Positions 9,728-20,286 of a stretch of 64,000 nt of DNA are shown here, in pieces. The position numbers and the translations under genes were made by a program. A model generated the notes under the pieces. The model saw nothing but the letters and a program-made list of their open reading frames with translations. It did no database searches and was not told where the DNA came from. The DNA comes from Pseudomonadota bacterium (GTDB lineage Bacteria; Pseudomonadota; Gammaproteobacteria; Acidiferrobacterales; UBA6901). Every line of letters starts with the position of its first letter. Positions within the stretch are counted from its first letter, which is position 1. The stretch is taken from the NCBI GenBank assembly GCA_027364845.1, contig DAHXOO010000008.1, positions 121-64,120 on the forward strand, written 5' to 3'.

Positions 9728-9744
9728 AGTGCTATTTTGGTGCA
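9728..9744. promoter_or_regulatory. second, weaker NtrC-like site (AGTGCTATTTTGGTGCA)
   Basis: Strong GGTGCA half-site; start-to-start spacing 30 bp from first site (about 3 helical turns). Confidence 0.6.
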
Positions 9745-9807
9745 TCATATTTTAGGTGGCTTTAAAGAAATAAGAACAAATACAATAGATTATTCCCGTT
9801 TCAGTCA

Positions 9808-9823
9808 TGGCATATTTCGTGCA
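9808..9823 (+). promoter_or_regulatory. sigma-54 (-24/-12) promoter of glnA: TGGCATATTTCGTGCA
   Basis: GG and GC dinucleotides at canonical spacing (TGGCAY-N5-KTGCA) about 100 bp downstream of the NtrC dyad. Confidence 0.8.
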
Positions 9824-9922
9824 AAATGTCGGGCTCAGGTTCATGCAGGATAAGTGCCCGAGCGGCATGTCCAATTTTGATCCAGTTTCATGTTTCAATT
9901 TCCCTTTTTAGGAGGAACCCAG

Positions 9923-11332
9923 ATGTCCGGCGCCGACGTACTTAAGATGATCAAAGAAAAGGAAGTGAAATTCGTGGACTTCCGCTTTACCGACACCAAG
10001 GGCAAAGAGCAGCACGTGTCCGTGCCTGCAAGCACGGTTGATGCGTCCCTATTCGAGGAAGGCAAGATGTTTGACGGCTCTTCGATCGCGGGATGGAAAG
10101 GCATTCAGGAATCCGACATGATCCTTATGCCGGAGTCGGCTACTGCAGTGATGGACCCGTTTATGGAGGAAAGGACACTTATCTTGCGATGCGACGTTAT
10201 CGAACCGAACACAATGCAAGGTTATGAACGCGACCCACGCTCCCTCGCAAAGCGCGCCGAAGCTTACCTAAACAGCACAGGGATTGCCGATACCGCGTAT
10301 TTCGGACCTGAGGCCGAATTTTTCATTTTCGATGATGTGCGTTGGAGCTCTGATATCAGCGGCTCTTTTGTCAAAGTCGATTCCGAAGAAGCCTCGTGGA
10401 ACACCGAAAAGGTATACGAGGGCGGCAACATGGGCCATCGCCCCGGCATCAAGGGTGGTTATTTCCCGGTACCACCGGTCGACTCTCAGCAGGACATCCG
10501 TTCGGCCATGTGCCTTGCCATGGAAGAGATGGGGTTGAGCATCGAGACCCATCATCACGAGGTGGCGACCGCTGGCCAGAACGAGATTGGGATGAGATTC
10601 AACACCTTGATCAAGAAGGCCGACGAGCTTCAGATCTACAAATACTGCGTGCATAACGTCGCGCATGCCTATGGCAAGACTGCGACCTTCATGCCAAAAC
10701 CGCTGGTGGGAGATAACGGCTCCGGCATGCACGTGCACCAATCGCTGGCAAAGGGCGGCAAGAATCTGTTCACGGGCAACGGCTACGGTGGCCTAAGCGA
10801 TGTCGCCCTGTACTACATCGGCGGCATCATAAAGCATGCGCGCGCCGTGAATGCGTTCACTAATTCGCTTACAAACAGCTATAAGCGTCTGGTTCCCGGC
10901 TTCGAGGCTCCCGTCATGCTGGCATACTCGGCGCGCAACCGGTCCGCATCGATTCGTATTCCCTACGTTTCCAACCCGAAGGGGCGCCGCATCGAGGTGC
11001 GATTCCCGGATGCCGGCAGCAATCCGTACTTCGCTTTTGCTGCCATGCTGATGGCGGGTCTAGATGGCATCCAGAACAAGATTCATCCGGGCGAGGCCAT
11101 GGACAAGGACCTGTACGATCTGCCGCCGGAAGAGGAAAAGAAGATTCCTACCGTGTGCCACGCACTGGACCAAGCGCTGGAGGCCTTGGACAAGGATCGC
11201 AAGTTCCTAACCGCCGGTGGCGTGTTTACAGATGACCTCATCGATGCCTACATCGACCTCAAGATGAAAGAGGTGACGCGTCTGCGTATGACCACTCATC
11301 CAGTGGAATTCGATATGTACTATAGCGTCTGA
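9923..11332 (+). CDS. glnA: type I glutamine synthetase
   Basis: [60 protein letters not shown]; RBS AGGAGG 5' of ATG at 9923. Confidence 0.98.
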   Translation: MSGADVLKMIKEKEVKFVDFRFTDTKGKEQHVSVPASTVDASLFEEGKMFDGSSIAGWKGIQESDMILMPESATAVMDPFMEERTLILRCDVIEPNTMQGYERDPRSLAKRAEAYLNSTGIADTAYFGPEAEFFIFDDVRWSSDISGSFVKVDSEEASWNTEKVYEGGNMGHRPGIKGGYFPVPPVDSQQDIRSAMCLAMEEMGLSIETHHHEVATAGQNEIGMRFNTLIKKADELQIYKYCVHNVAHAYGKTATFMPKPLVGDNGSGMHVHQSLAKGGKNLFTGNGYGGLSDVALYYIGGIIKHARAVNAFTNSLTNSYKRLVPGFEAPVMLAYSARNRSASIRIPYVSNPKGRRIEVRFPDAGSNPYFAFAAMLMAGLDGIQNKIHPGEAMDKDLYDLPPEEEKKIPTVCHALDQALEALDKDRKFLTAGGVFTDDLIDAYIDLKMKEVTRLRMTTHPVEFDMYYSV

Positions 11333-11354
11333 GTCGTCACCGGTACGGTCGTCC

Positions 11355-11385
11355 AAAAACGCCCCCTTTTATGGGGGCGTTTTTT
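11355..11385 (+). terminator. rho-independent terminator after glnA
   Basis: AAAAACGCCCCC-TTTTAT-GGGGGCGTTTTT perfect stem plus T-tract. Confidence 0.92.
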
Positions 11386-11411
11386 ATTTGGTGATTTCTG
11401 GAATAGAAGAA

Positions 11412-11428
11412 TGCACCCTTTTGGTGCA
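11412..11428. promoter_or_regulatory. NtrC-binding site TGCACCCTTTTGGTGCA upstream of ntrBC
   Basis: Exact match to TGCACC-N5-GGTGCA consensus dyad. Confidence 0.88.
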
Positions 11429-11544
11429 TTTCATTTCCTGTTAATATGAGTTTTCTTTATAAATCCTTTATTTTTAAAGGAAATCATAAATGGTGTAATT
11501 TTTGCTAACTGTAATTTTGTCAAAATGCAAAGGGATAAGATCCA

Positions 11545-12597
11545 TTGAACGACTGTCGGCATATCCTGGAGAACCTGAGCGCGACCGTGATGGTGCTCGA
11601 CAGTTCGTTGCGCCTGCTTTCCATCAATCCGGCTGGGGAAATGCTGTTTGAAGTCAGTGCCCGTCAGATCCTCGGACAGCCCATCACCGATCTGCTCCCA
11701 CACAACGCGGCGCTGATCCAACAGCTCAACGAGGCGCTTCGCAGCGGCCACCCCTTCACCGAGCACGGTCTGCGAGCCAGTCTTGCGGACGGTCGCGACA
11801 TCACCGTGGATTGTGCCGCCACGCCTCTTGCAGTCGGCGTCACCACCGAGATGCTCATCGAATTGACCCCGGTGGACCGGCTGTTGCGCATCGCACGCGA
11901 GGAGAAAATGCTTGACCAGCATGCCACTAGCCGCGCGTTGATTCGCGGCCTCGCGCACGAGATCAAGAACCCGCTGGGCGGGTTGCGCGGCGCAGCGCAG
12001 CTGCTCGAACGCAAGCTCCCCAACAATGAACTTGCCGAGTACACACGCATCATTATTCGCGAGGCCGATCGCCTGCGCGGCCTCGTTGATCGCATGATCG
12101 GCCCGAACGTGCCACTCAACAAACGTCCGACGAACATCCACCAGGTATTCGAGCACGTGCGCAGCCTCATATTGGCTGAGATTCCGGAAGGTATCAGCGT
12201 ACGCCGCGATTACGACCCGAGCCTGCCGGAGTTTCTGGGCGACTCGGATCAGCTCATCCAGGCAATCCTTAATATCGCACGCAATGCAGCACAGGCACTG
12301 GACGGAAAGGGCGCGGTATGGCTTCGCTCGCGCGTCGAACGCAAGTTCACCATCGGTCAAAACCGCCATCGATTGACGCTGCGCGCTGAAATCGAGGACA
12401 ACGGCCCAGGCGTACCAGATGAGCTCAAGGAACACATCTTTTATCCGATGATCACCGGTCGGGCAGAAGGTACCGGTCTCGGCCTGTCGATAGCGCAGGA
12501 CATCATTCACCAGCACGGGGGGATGATCGAATGCGTCAGCCGACCGCTGCAGACGATTTTTCGCATTTATTTACCGATGGAGGTTGGCAATGGTTAG
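11545..12597 (+). CDS. glnL: nitrogen regulation histidine kinase NtrB
   Basis: PAS-like N-terminus, RGLAHEIKNPLGGLRGAAQLLE H-box, DNGPGVPDELKEHIFYPMITGRAEGTGLGL; TTG start; followed by ntrC. Confidence 0.93.
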   Translation: MNDCRHILENLSATVMVLDSSLRLLSINPAGEMLFEVSARQILGQPITDLLPHNAALIQQLNEALRSGHPFTEHGLRASLADGRDITVDCAATPLAVGVTTEMLIELTPVDRLLRIAREEKMLDQHATSRALIRGLAHEIKNPLGGLRGAAQLLERKLPNNELAEYTRIIIREADRLRGLVDRMIGPNVPLNKRPTNIHQVFEHVRSLILAEIPEGISVRRDYDPSLPEFLGDSDQLIQAILNIARNAAQALDGKGAVWLRSRVERKFTIGQNRHRLTLRAEIEDNGPGVPDELKEHIFYPMITGRAEGTGLGLSIAQDIIHQHGGMIECVSRPLQTIFRIYLPMEVGNG

Positions 12598-13984
12598 GCA
12601 GGAGGCAGCGTGGGTTATCGACGATGACCAGTCCATCCGTTGGGTGCTCGAGCGGGCGCTGCAGCAGGAGGGCATCGCGGTCCGCAGCTTCGAGTCAGCG
12701 GAGGATATTCTCGCTAGCCTCAGCCACCAGCAGCCCGATGCGATCATCACCGATATCCGCATGCCCGGCCTCAATGGACTCGATCTCCTGGAGTCAATCC
12801 GTGCCCGTTTTCCGGAGTTGCCGATCATCATTATGACCGCGCATTCTGATCTCGAAAGTGCGGTTGCCGCCTACCGTGGCGGCGCATTCGAATACCTGCC
12901 GAAGCCTTTCGACGTCGACGATGCTGTCAGACTTACGCGTCGCGCCATAGAACATCACCGCAGGCACCGCAACAGCCCGCTGCCCGGACACAACGCGGCG
13001 CCGGAGATTCTCGGCGAAGCCCCAGCGATGCAGGAGGTTTTTCGGGCCATAGGACGCCTGTCGCGTTCGCATTTGAACGTGCTCATCAATGGCGAGTCAG
13101 GTACAGGGAAGGAACTGGTGGCGCGTGCGCTTCACCGCCACAGCCCGCGCGCGGACAAGCCGTTCATCGCCATAAATATCGCGGCGATTCCCGGCGAGCT
13201 TTTGGAGTCCGAGTTGTTCGGACATGAACGCGGGGCGTTCACCGGTGCATTGTCGCAGCGCAAGGGCCGCTTCGAGCAGGCCCATGGGGGCACGTTATTT
13301 CTCGACGAAATCGGGGACATGCCGGCCGAGCTTCAGACCCGGCTGCTGCGCGTGCTCTCGGATGGAAAGTTCTATCGGGTCGGCGGACACGAGCAAATCG
13401 AGACTGATGTGCGTATCGTCGCAGCGACCAACCAGGATCTCGAGAACCGGGTCAGGGACGGCCGTTTCCGCGAAGATCTGTTTCACCGGTTGAACGTGAT
13501 TCGCGTGCACATTCCGCCACTGCGAGCGCGCCAGGAGGACATTCCAGTGCTCGCGCGCCATTTCCTGGAGACGTCAGCGCAGGAACTGGGCACCGAAACC
13601 AAGCAGTTGTTGCCGGAGACGGATGTTTACATAAGCGGTCTGTCGTGGCCCGGAAATGTCCGTCAGCTTGAAAACACCTGCCGCTGGCTCACTGTCATGG
13701 CGCCGGGACAGACTGTGCGGATCGAGGACCTCCCGCAGGAACTGCGTGCAGCCGAAGTCGATCCACAGCGTGCACAGGACTGGGAAGCTGGGCTGCGGCG
13801 GCTGATCGAGCAACGTCTGACGCTGGGCGAGACGAATATCCTCGAAAAACTCAATCCTGACTTCGAGCGCATCCTGATCGAAGTGGCGCTCACGCACACG
13901 GGTGGCAGAAAACAGGATGCGGCACGCAAACTTGGCTGGGGCCGGAACACGCTTACACGCAAACTCAAGGAACTGGGAATGTGA
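12590..13984 (+). CDS. glnG: nitrogen regulation response regulator NtrC (sigma-54 enhancer-binding protein)
   Basis: [18 protein letters not shown] receiver; [15 protein letters not shown]; [13 protein letters not shown]; C-terminal Fis-type [30 protein letters not shown]. Confidence 0.96.
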   Translation: MVRQEAAWVIDDDQSIRWVLERALQQEGIAVRSFESAEDILASLSHQQPDAIITDIRMPGLNGLDLLESIRARFPELPIIIMTAHSDLESAVAAYRGGAFEYLPKPFDVDDAVRLTRRAIEHHRRHRNSPLPGHNAAPEILGEAPAMQEVFRAIGRLSRSHLNVLINGESGTGKELVARALHRHSPRADKPFIAINIAAIPGELLESELFGHERGAFTGALSQRKGRFEQAHGGTLFLDEIGDMPAELQTRLLRVLSDGKFYRVGGHEQIETDVRIVAATNQDLENRVRDGRFREDLFHRLNVIRVHIPPLRARQEDIPVLARHFLETSAQELGTETKQLLPETDVYISGLSWPGNVRQLENTCRWLTVMAPGQTVRIEDLPQELRAAEVDPQRAQDWEAGLRRLIEQRLTLGETNILEKLNPDFERILIEVALTHTGGRKQDAARKLGWGRNTLTRKLKELGM

Positions 13985-14102
13985 ACTGGGCAGCGCTGGG
14001 ATCTGGACTCGCGCCCGGCCTTGTGTACACCCCTGCTGCGGCGGACGGTCCGGACTTTCTTCACCTCTGCTTCCGGTTACCCGGCGTTCTGCCAGCACGG
14101 GA

Positions 14103-15320
14103 TCAGTCCTCGGCCCGCACACTCCTTGCGAGTGGCGGAAGATCGCCCTCGAGACCAATGGCCCGCCGCATGATCAGGCGCTTGACCGGACCGAGGCTAT
14201 CAGCGACGGTCAAACCGAAATTGCGCGCGGCCCGGACCGGCCAGTAGTCCGTGCCGAAGGCGCGTTTGAAGGCGTCGGAAACGGCAAGCATCATAAGGTT
14301 CCCGCCCTTGCGCCAGCGCTCGTAGCGGCGCAATACTCCCGACGCCCCGATGTCTCGATCCAGCTGGAACGCGCCGCCGACTATCTCTGCCAGCGCTGCG
14401 GCGTCAAGCAGCCCCAGATTAACTCCTTGCCCAGCAAGGGGATGAATACGGTGCGCCGCGTCTCCAACGAGCGCCACTCGCGTGTCCACATAGCGCTCGG
14501 CATGCGCAAAACCAAGCGGAAATGCGGCACGCGCGCTCACCCACTCGATCGCGCCCAGCCTGTCCCCAAAGCTTGCCTGGAGCTCCTGGCGGAAGGCGCT
14601 ATCCTCCAGATCCAGCAGAGACTTCCCGTAACGGGTGTCGCACGACCAGACAATGGAGCAAAGGCTTGGATCGCACAGCGGCAGAAATGCCAGAGGCCCG
14701 CTTGCAAGAAACACCTGGCGCGCGGCCTCGCCATGGGGCATGGAGGTTCGAACAGTGGCGACGATGGCGATCTGATCGTAACTCCCGCCGCGGCTATTGA
14801 TCCCTGCCAGTCCACGCACATGTGATTCGGCCCCGTCAGCGCCCACTACCAGCTGCGCCGTGCACACCGTCCCGTCGGAAAGCGTCACCGCGACCCCGGC
14901 CTCGCGCATTTCGATTGCGTCAAGCATGACCGGACACTTGATGCTGACAGCTGGCAATCGCGCGATGTGTGTATGCGCAGCGTACATGACTACGCGGTTC
15001 TCGATGATGTAACCAAGCTGCGCCTCACCAAGCTCAGCCGCGTCAAAATGAATCGCCCCGGGGCCACGTGCGTCCCAGACGTACATTTCCCGCAGCGGAC
15101 ATACGCGTCGCTGCACAAGGTCCTGCCACATTCCGAGGTTCCGGAAAATCGCACGCGATGCCAGCGTAATGGCGCTCACGCGCAGATCGTATTCATCGCG
15201 AAAATCGGCCGCTGGAACCTGGCTATCGACAATCACGACGCGCATTCCCGCCTGTCCACAGGCAAGCGCGAGCGTGGCACCGACCATGCCCGCTCCCGCA
15301 ATGACCAGGTCGCAATCCAT
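14103..15320 (-). CDS. FAD-dependent UbiH/UbiF/VisC/COQ6 family hydroxylase
   Basis: CDLVIAGAGMVGATLALACGQAG; VGADGAESHVRGLAG; VALVGDAAHRIHPLAGQGVNLGLLDAAAL. Confidence 0.9.
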   Translation of the reverse strand: MDCDLVIAGAGMVGATLALACGQAGMRVVIVDSQVPAADFRDEYDLRVSAITLASRAIFRNLGMWQDLVQRRVCPLREMYVWDARGPGAIHFDAAELGEAQLGYIIENRVVMYAAHTHIARLPAVSIKCPVMLDAIEMREAGVAVTLSDGTVCTAQLVVGADGAESHVRGLAGINSRGGSYDQIAIVATVRTSMPHGEAARQVFLASGPLAFLPLCDPSLCSIVWSCDTRYGKSLLDLEDSAFRQELQASFGDRLGAIEWVSARAAFPLGFAHAERYVDTRVALVGDAAHRIHPLAGQGVNLGLLDAAALAEIVGGAFQLDRDIGASGVLRRYERWRKGGNLMMLAVSDAFKRAFGTDYWPVRAARNFGLTVADSLGPVKRLIMRRAIGLEGDLPPLARSVRAED

Positions 15321-15431
15321 ACCGGCTCCCCGGCCAGCGTGACGGCCATTCATTCTGCTCACCACAGCGACCCGAAACTGCACCGGCTGCGGGTCACACG
15401 GCATAAAGCTGCAAATCCCTCCATGGGTGGA

Positions 15432-16664
15432 CTAAAACAGCGGCAGGCCGCGGGCGAGCCGCGGAAGCCGCCCGGCGAGACCCATGGTACGATGCACCAG
15501 CCCGCGCTTGATTCCCGGAACGAGGTCCACTGCCACCAGCCCCAGATTGCGCATGACCACAAGCGGCGCAAAGCTGTTGGAAAATAACCGCACAAGTCCA
15601 TCTGTGAAACTGCTCACGGCGAGGTTGTCGCGCCGGCGCCAGTCTGCATAGGTGCGCAGAACGTCCACCGCTCCAGGATCGTCACTCCGACGCCGGGCCT
15701 CGACCAGCACCTGGGCCAAAGCGGCGACGTCGCGCAGCCCCAGGTTGAAGCCCTGTCCGGCTACCGGATGCAAGGTGTGAGCCGCATTGCCAATGAGAGC
15801 AAGGCGCGCGCGCACGTGCTCCGCGACTCGTGTCAAGGCGAGCGCGTAGGATCGACGTGTGCCAACTTTGGTGAATCGGCCGAGTCGCTCGCCGAAGCTG
15901 TCCTGCAGCCGTTCAAGAAAGGGTGCGTCCGGCAGCGCCAGCACCGCCTCCGCCTGGTCGGGAGGCAGACTCCAGACTACGCTACAGCGGTTCTCCGACA
16001 TGGGCAGCAGCGCTAGCGGGCCGTCTGCCGTAAACCGCTCAAACGCCGTCCCCTCGTGTGCGCGCTCTGCTGATACGTTGGTCACCACTGCGGTCTGGCC
16101 GTAGTTTATCCGGCGGACGGCAATTCCGGACGCCGCCCGCACTGCCGAGTCACCGCCATCGGCCGCCACGACTAACCGGGTGGTCAGTCTCTTTATTATG
16201 CCCTCGTGATCAATCACTACCGAAGCGCAGTCAACCGAAAAGTCGATAGACGTCAAGGTCGCTGGCTGCAGCAATGCTGTCTCGGACGTCACCCGCAGCC
16301 GCGCGTTCAACACCGCGCCGAGCACACGATTCTCCACTACGTATCCCAGCGCCTCGACACCCGCTGCGGCAGCGTCGAGACGGGTGAATCCGAAATGGCC
16401 ACGGTCTGAAACATGGATGCGCTTGATGGCCGTTACACCGGCCGCGGCAGCCTGCAGGCTTTCCCAGACACCCAGTGCCGAAAAAATACGTTTCGACCCG
16501 TAGGCCAGGGCAATGGTGCGGTCGTCATAACTTGGCTGCCGAACATCGCCATAGGGCACCGATTCGATCACCCCAATGCGCAGGCCGCTGCCGCCGAGGG
16601 CGATGCCTAGGCTGGCCCCCACCATGCCGCCGCCGATGATCAGAACGTCATAGTCCGGTTGCAT
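15432..16664 (-). CDS. ubiH: 2-octaprenyl-6-methoxyphenyl hydroxylase-like (UbiH family)
   Basis: YDVLIIGGGMVGASLGIALGG; ADGGDSAVRAASGI; LALIGNAAHTLHPVAGQGFNLGLRDVAALAQVL; adjacent to pepP as in classic pepP-ubiH clusters. Confidence 0.88.
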   Translation of the reverse strand: MQPDYDVLIIGGGMVGASLGIALGGSGLRIGVIESVPYGDVRQPSYDDRTIALAYGSKRIFSALGVWESLQAAAAGVTAIKRIHVSDRGHFGFTRLDAAAAGVEALGYVVENRVLGAVLNARLRVTSETALLQPATLTSIDFSVDCASVVIDHEGIIKRLTTRLVVAADGGDSAVRAASGIAVRRINYGQTAVVTNVSAERAHEGTAFERFTADGPLALLPMSENRCSVVWSLPPDQAEAVLALPDAPFLERLQDSFGERLGRFTKVGTRRSYALALTRVAEHVRARLALIGNAAHTLHPVAGQGFNLGLRDVAALAQVLVEARRRSDDPGAVDVLRTYADWRRRDNLAVSSFTDGLVRLFSNSFAPLVVMRNLGLVAVDLVPGIKRGLVHRTMGLAGRLPRLARGLPLF

Positions 16665-16736
16665 AAGCAGTCCTAGTTTCCAACTCGGCCACGATGCCTC
16701 CATTGGACATGCGCCTGAATACCCGCAAGCCGCTGG

Positions 16737-18044
16737 TCACCGCCCGTGCATCAAAGATTCGATCTCGGGAATCGTCTTTGGTGCCTCATGGCTGAGCACC
16801 TCGTTGCCATCGCGCACGACCAGCACGTCATCTTCTATGCGCACGCCAATATTCCAGAACTCGCGCGGCACTTCCTTGTTTCCTGCAGCGATGTACAGGC
16901 CAGGCTCCACCGTTAAGACCATTCCCGGCTCCAACAGCCGCCAGGCCTCGTGCACCTTGTAATCGCCGACATCATGCACGTCCATTCCCAGCCAGTGGCC
17001 AGTGCGGTGCATGTAAAAACGCTTGTAGTCGCCGTTTTCCACGAGTCCGTCGACCTCTCCCTTCAGCAGGCCGAGATCCAGCAACCCCTGCGCGAGAATG
17101 CGCACGGCAGTGTCGTGCGGCTCGTTCCAATGACCGCCAGCGCGCACCCGCCCGATCGCCGCGAGCTGCGCCTCCAGTACAATTTCGTATACTGCTTTCT
17201 GGGCACCGCTGAATCTGCCATTGACCGGGAAGGTGCGCGTTATATCGGCAGCATAGCTATCCATCTCGGCTGCGGCGTCGATCAAAAGCAGGTCGCCGTC
17301 TTTCAGTTCCCCGCTGTTTTCGGTGTAATGCAAAATGCAGCCGTTGGCGCCTCCTCCCACGATCGGCGGGTATGCGGGGAACCGGCTGCCTCCCTTCATA
17401 AACTCGTAGAGCAGCTCGGCTTCGATCTCGTACTCCATCGCACCGGGCCGGCTGGCAATCATAGCCTGTCGATGAGCACGCGCCGAGATCCTGGCCGCCT
17501 TGCGCATGAGCCGCAATTCTTCGGGTCGCTTGATCAACCGCATCTCATGAAGGATGTGGTCAAGATCGACGAATTCACCGGGCGCATGCACCCCGTTACG
17601 CGCCTTGGCCCGGACTTCGTTGACCCAGCTCATGAGTCGGTGATCGAACTCCGGGTTACGCCCCATGCTGCAGAAAACCTTTTCGCGGTTTTCGAGCAGC
17701 CCCGGAAGAATATCGTCGATGTCGTCGATCGGAAATGCGTCGTCAGCGCCGTAGGTCTCCTGGGCGCCATCTACTCCGGCGCGCCTTCCCTCCCAGATTT
17801 CCTTTTCCGGATTCTTGTCCCGGCAGAACAGAATGAACTCGCCATGGGTGCGCCCCGGTACCAGCACCGCGACTGCCTCTGGCTCCGGGAAATGCGTGAG
17901 GTAGTAAAAATCGCTGTCGGGGCGAAAAGGAAAATCTACATCGCGATTGCGGGTGCGCACGGGTGCCGTTGGCAGTATCGCAACACCCCCGCCCATTTGA
18001 TCCATCAGCTCGCGCCGACGCTTGGCGAAATCGGTCATATTCAT
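16737..18044 (-). CDS. pepP: Xaa-Pro aminopeptidase P (aminopeptidase P)
   Basis: FAKRRRELMDQMGGGVAILPTAPVRTRNRDVDFPFRPDSDFYYLT; LLIDAAAEMDSYAADITRTFPVNGRFSG; HRTGHWLGMDVHDVG; LTVEPGLYI. Confidence 0.95.
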   Translation of the reverse strand: MNMTDFAKRRRELMDQMGGGVAILPTAPVRTRNRDVDFPFRPDSDFYYLTHFPEPEAVAVLVPGRTHGEFILFCRDKNPEKEIWEGRRAGVDGAQETYGADDAFPIDDIDDILPGLLENREKVFCSMGRNPEFDHRLMSWVNEVRAKARNGVHAPGEFVDLDHILHEMRLIKRPEELRLMRKAARISARAHRQAMIASRPGAMEYEIEAELLYEFMKGGSRFPAYPPIVGGGANGCILHYTENSGELKDGDLLLIDAAAEMDSYAADITRTFPVNGRFSGAQKAVYEIVLEAQLAAIGRVRAGGHWNEPHDTAVRILAQGLLDLGLLKGEVDGLVENGDYKRFYMHRTGHWLGMDVHDVGDYKVHEAWRLLEPGMVLTVEPGLYIAAGNKEVPREFWNIGVRIEDDVLVVRDGNEVLSHEAPKTIPEIESLMHGR

Positions 18045-18270
18045 GATTCCATTATGCCCCATCAGGCCGGTTGTTTGAAAACCGGCTGCGGCGGCCAACC
18101 AGTCGCCGCAGCGTGCTTCCGGGCGAGACCTTATCGTCCGTTCGTCGGCGCCGCATGCCGCGTGCTGGGCACGTCGAGCGCTCTGCTATATATTGAACTG
18201 CACAGAAGCGCCTGTCCGTTCGGCCTGTGCAATCTTTTAACCTAAGCAAAAATACCAATTGGAGTTCGCC

Positions 18271-18687
18271 ATGGAAAAATTCAGCATCACAACAAGATCC
18301 GTTAGTCGCTTCTTGATCCTGTGCCTAGTGTTCATGGGAGTTCATGTGGCGGCCGCACGTGCGCAGATTGTCGGCACCGAGGCTGCACTCAACAGCCAGG
18401 CGGCGGACTCGGGTAACCGGGCACGCCTGCATACGTTCCTCGAGCGCAAGGAAGTGCGTCATCAGATGCTGGCGATGGGCGTGAACCCGCAAGACGTCAG
18501 CGCGCGCGTCAACAGCCTGACCACCACCCAGGTCGCAGACCTCGCGGGCCGGATTAACAAGCTGCCCGCGGGCGGGGACTTAGGGGGCGTGTTGTTCGTC
18601 GCCTTGGTCGTGTTTCTGGTTCTTCTGTATACCGATATCATGGGTTACACCAATGTCTTTCCGTTTGTGAAGAAACACGCACGCTAG
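18271..18687 (+). CDS. PA2779-family small membrane protein
   Basis: Signal/TM segment then RLHTFLERKEVRHQMLAMGVNPQDVSARVNSLTTTQVADLAGRINKLPAGGD and C-terminal TM; immediately followed by PA2778-like gene. Confidence 0.8.
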   Translation: MEKFSITTRSVSRFLILCLVFMGVHVAAARAQIVGTEAALNSQAADSGNRARLHTFLERKEVRHQMLAMGVNPQDVSARVNSLTTTQVADLAGRINKLPAGGDLGGVLFVALVVFLVLLYTDIMGYTNVFPFVKKHAR

Positions 18688-18745
18688 CGGTAGAATGGAG
18701 GGCGTGGCCGGCTGCGGGCAGATCCATCGGCAAAACGTAGTGGAT

Positions 18746-19846
18746 ATGGCCAGCGAGGTTGAACTAATTCAGGGCGAGCGGCGGCGCAGGTCGGTCCGTT
18801 GCCTGCCCGTGTCCCCGGGGGCTTCCCTCCGGCATCGGGCTGCAGTTGGTTTCGTGCTTGTCGCTGTACTTCTGTCCGGGTGCGCCACCACGCCCCAGAC
18901 AGATAGCGTGCGTGCCAGCACGCAGTTTGGCCATCAGATCAGCCGTGTCAGTGGAGTTCCGTTTTTTGCGCAGAAAGCCTACCAGTGCGGCCCGGCCTCG
19001 CTTGCGATGGCGCTCAACTGGTCCGGGGTTCCGGTTGCGCCGGAGCAACTGACTCCCCAAGTCTTCCTGCCCAAGCGCAAGGGCAGTCTGCAAATTGAAA
19101 TGGTGGCCGCAGCACGCCGCAACGGGCGGATTGCCTACGTCATCCAGCCTGGGCTACCGTCGCTTCTGACCGAGCTTGGCGCTGGCAATCCGGTGGTCAT
19201 CTTGGAGAATCTCGGTCTGAGCTGGTACCCGGTGTGGCATTACGCCGTCGCGGTGGGTGTCAACGTAGCCGCAGATGAGGTGATCCTTCGCTCCGGCGAC
19301 GCTGCCCGCCAGAACATGCCACTCGGCCTGTTCGAGCGTACCTGGGCACGCAGCGACGATTGGGGCCTGCTGGTCCTTCCGCCGAACCGCCTGCCGGCCA
19401 CGGCCGAGAAGCGCCCCTATCTTAGGGCCGTGGCTGCGCTGGAACGGCTGAACCATTTTCATCAGGCGCACACGGCCTACACCACCGCCCTGCGGCGCTG
19501 GCCGGACAGTCTGGTGGCGCAGATCGGACTGGGAAATACGTGTTACGCACTTAAGGAACTCGCATGTGCCGAGGATGCCTACCGCAAAGCGACCCGCTTG
19601 CATCCCAGCTCGGGCATTGCCTACAACAATCTGGCCCAGACGCTGGCGGACGAAGGCCGTCTCGTCGAAGCAGTCAAGTCTGCACGCCAGGCTGTCGCCC
19701 TGGGCGGACCGTTGGCAGCCACCTTCAGGGGAACCCTAGCCAAAATCGAAACCCGTCAAGGCGCCGGCGCATCGAAGGAACACCCGCGCTTTGGTAACGG
19801 ACATGCGCGGCAACATTTGTCCAGTTCGGGCGTTGACGGCAGATAA
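18746..19846 (+). CDS. PA2778-family lipoprotein: C39-like cysteine peptidase domain plus TPR region
   Basis: Lipobox LLSGCATT; VPFFAQKAYQCGPASLAMALNWSG catalytic Cys region; SWYPVWHYAVAVGVN His region; C-terminal TPR-like repeats (AQIGLGNTCYALKELACAEDAYRKATRLHPSSGIAYNNLAQTLADEG). Confidence 0.85.
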   Translation: MASEVELIQGERRRRSVRCLPVSPGASLRHRAAVGFVLVAVLLSGCATTPQTDSVRASTQFGHQISRVSGVPFFAQKAYQCGPASLAMALNWSGVPVAPEQLTPQVFLPKRKGSLQIEMVAAARRNGRIAYVIQPGLPSLLTELGAGNPVVILENLGLSWYPVWHYAVAVGVNVAADEVILRSGDAARQNMPLGLFERTWARSDDWGLLVLPPNRLPATAEKRPYLRAVAALERLNHFHQAHTAYTTALRRWPDSLVAQIGLGNTCYALKELACAEDAYRKATRLHPSSGIAYNNLAQTLADEGRLVEAVKSARQAVALGGPLAATFRGTLAKIETRQGAGASKEHPRFGNGHARQHLSSSGVDGR

Positions 19847-19956
19847 CCCGGACACGCACATCATTTCTGTTACCAAGCAACAGGGCCATTTAACGGATTC
19901 CCCTGTCCGCTATATGTTCGCGTGGTATGGGGTCGAAACAGCGAATTGGAGGGCAA

Positions 19957-20286
19957 TCAGAACCGCACGATGCGCGCTTCGTAGGGAAACACCAGCAAGC
20001 GGTAAAGCGTTTCACCGACCTGGACATGACCGTACTGCGGGGCCCCAATAGTTACCGTGTCGCCACCCACGGGCGAGAGTCCAGCACCGCCGAAGCGTCT
20101 CTCAAGAATGAGTACCTGCAGCAACTCCTCCAGCGTCTGACGGTCGATGTCGCCGGTGTTGTCAACGAGCCGGCAGGCATGGCCATTACTCATTACGCCA
20201 TCGACAATTATGGCATTGGCATCGATGGGATTCTGTTCATCAAATCTGCGCACGGAATCGGCAAGACTCGGCATGTCCGGCACCAT
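19957..20286 (-). CDS. hypothetical protein
   Basis: 109-aa ORF with balanced composition (SLADSVRRFDEQNPIDANAIIVDGVMSNGHACRLVDNTGDIDRQTLEELLQVLILERR...); no family recognised. Confidence 0.45.
   Translation of the reverse strand: MVPDMPSLADSVRRFDEQNPIDANAIIVDGVMSNGHACRLVDNTGDIDRQTLEELLQVLILERRFGGAGLSPVGGDTVTIGAPQYGHVQVGETLYRLLVFPYEARIVRF

Noticed and set aside
18161-18200. TGGGCACG...GCGCTC as sigma-54 promoter for the PA2779-like gene
   Set aside because: Lacks TTGC at the -12 position with the correct spacing.
16950-18245. 431-aa plus-strand ORF opposite pepP
   Set aside because: pepP on the minus strand has all metallopeptidase motifs; this is its antisense frame.
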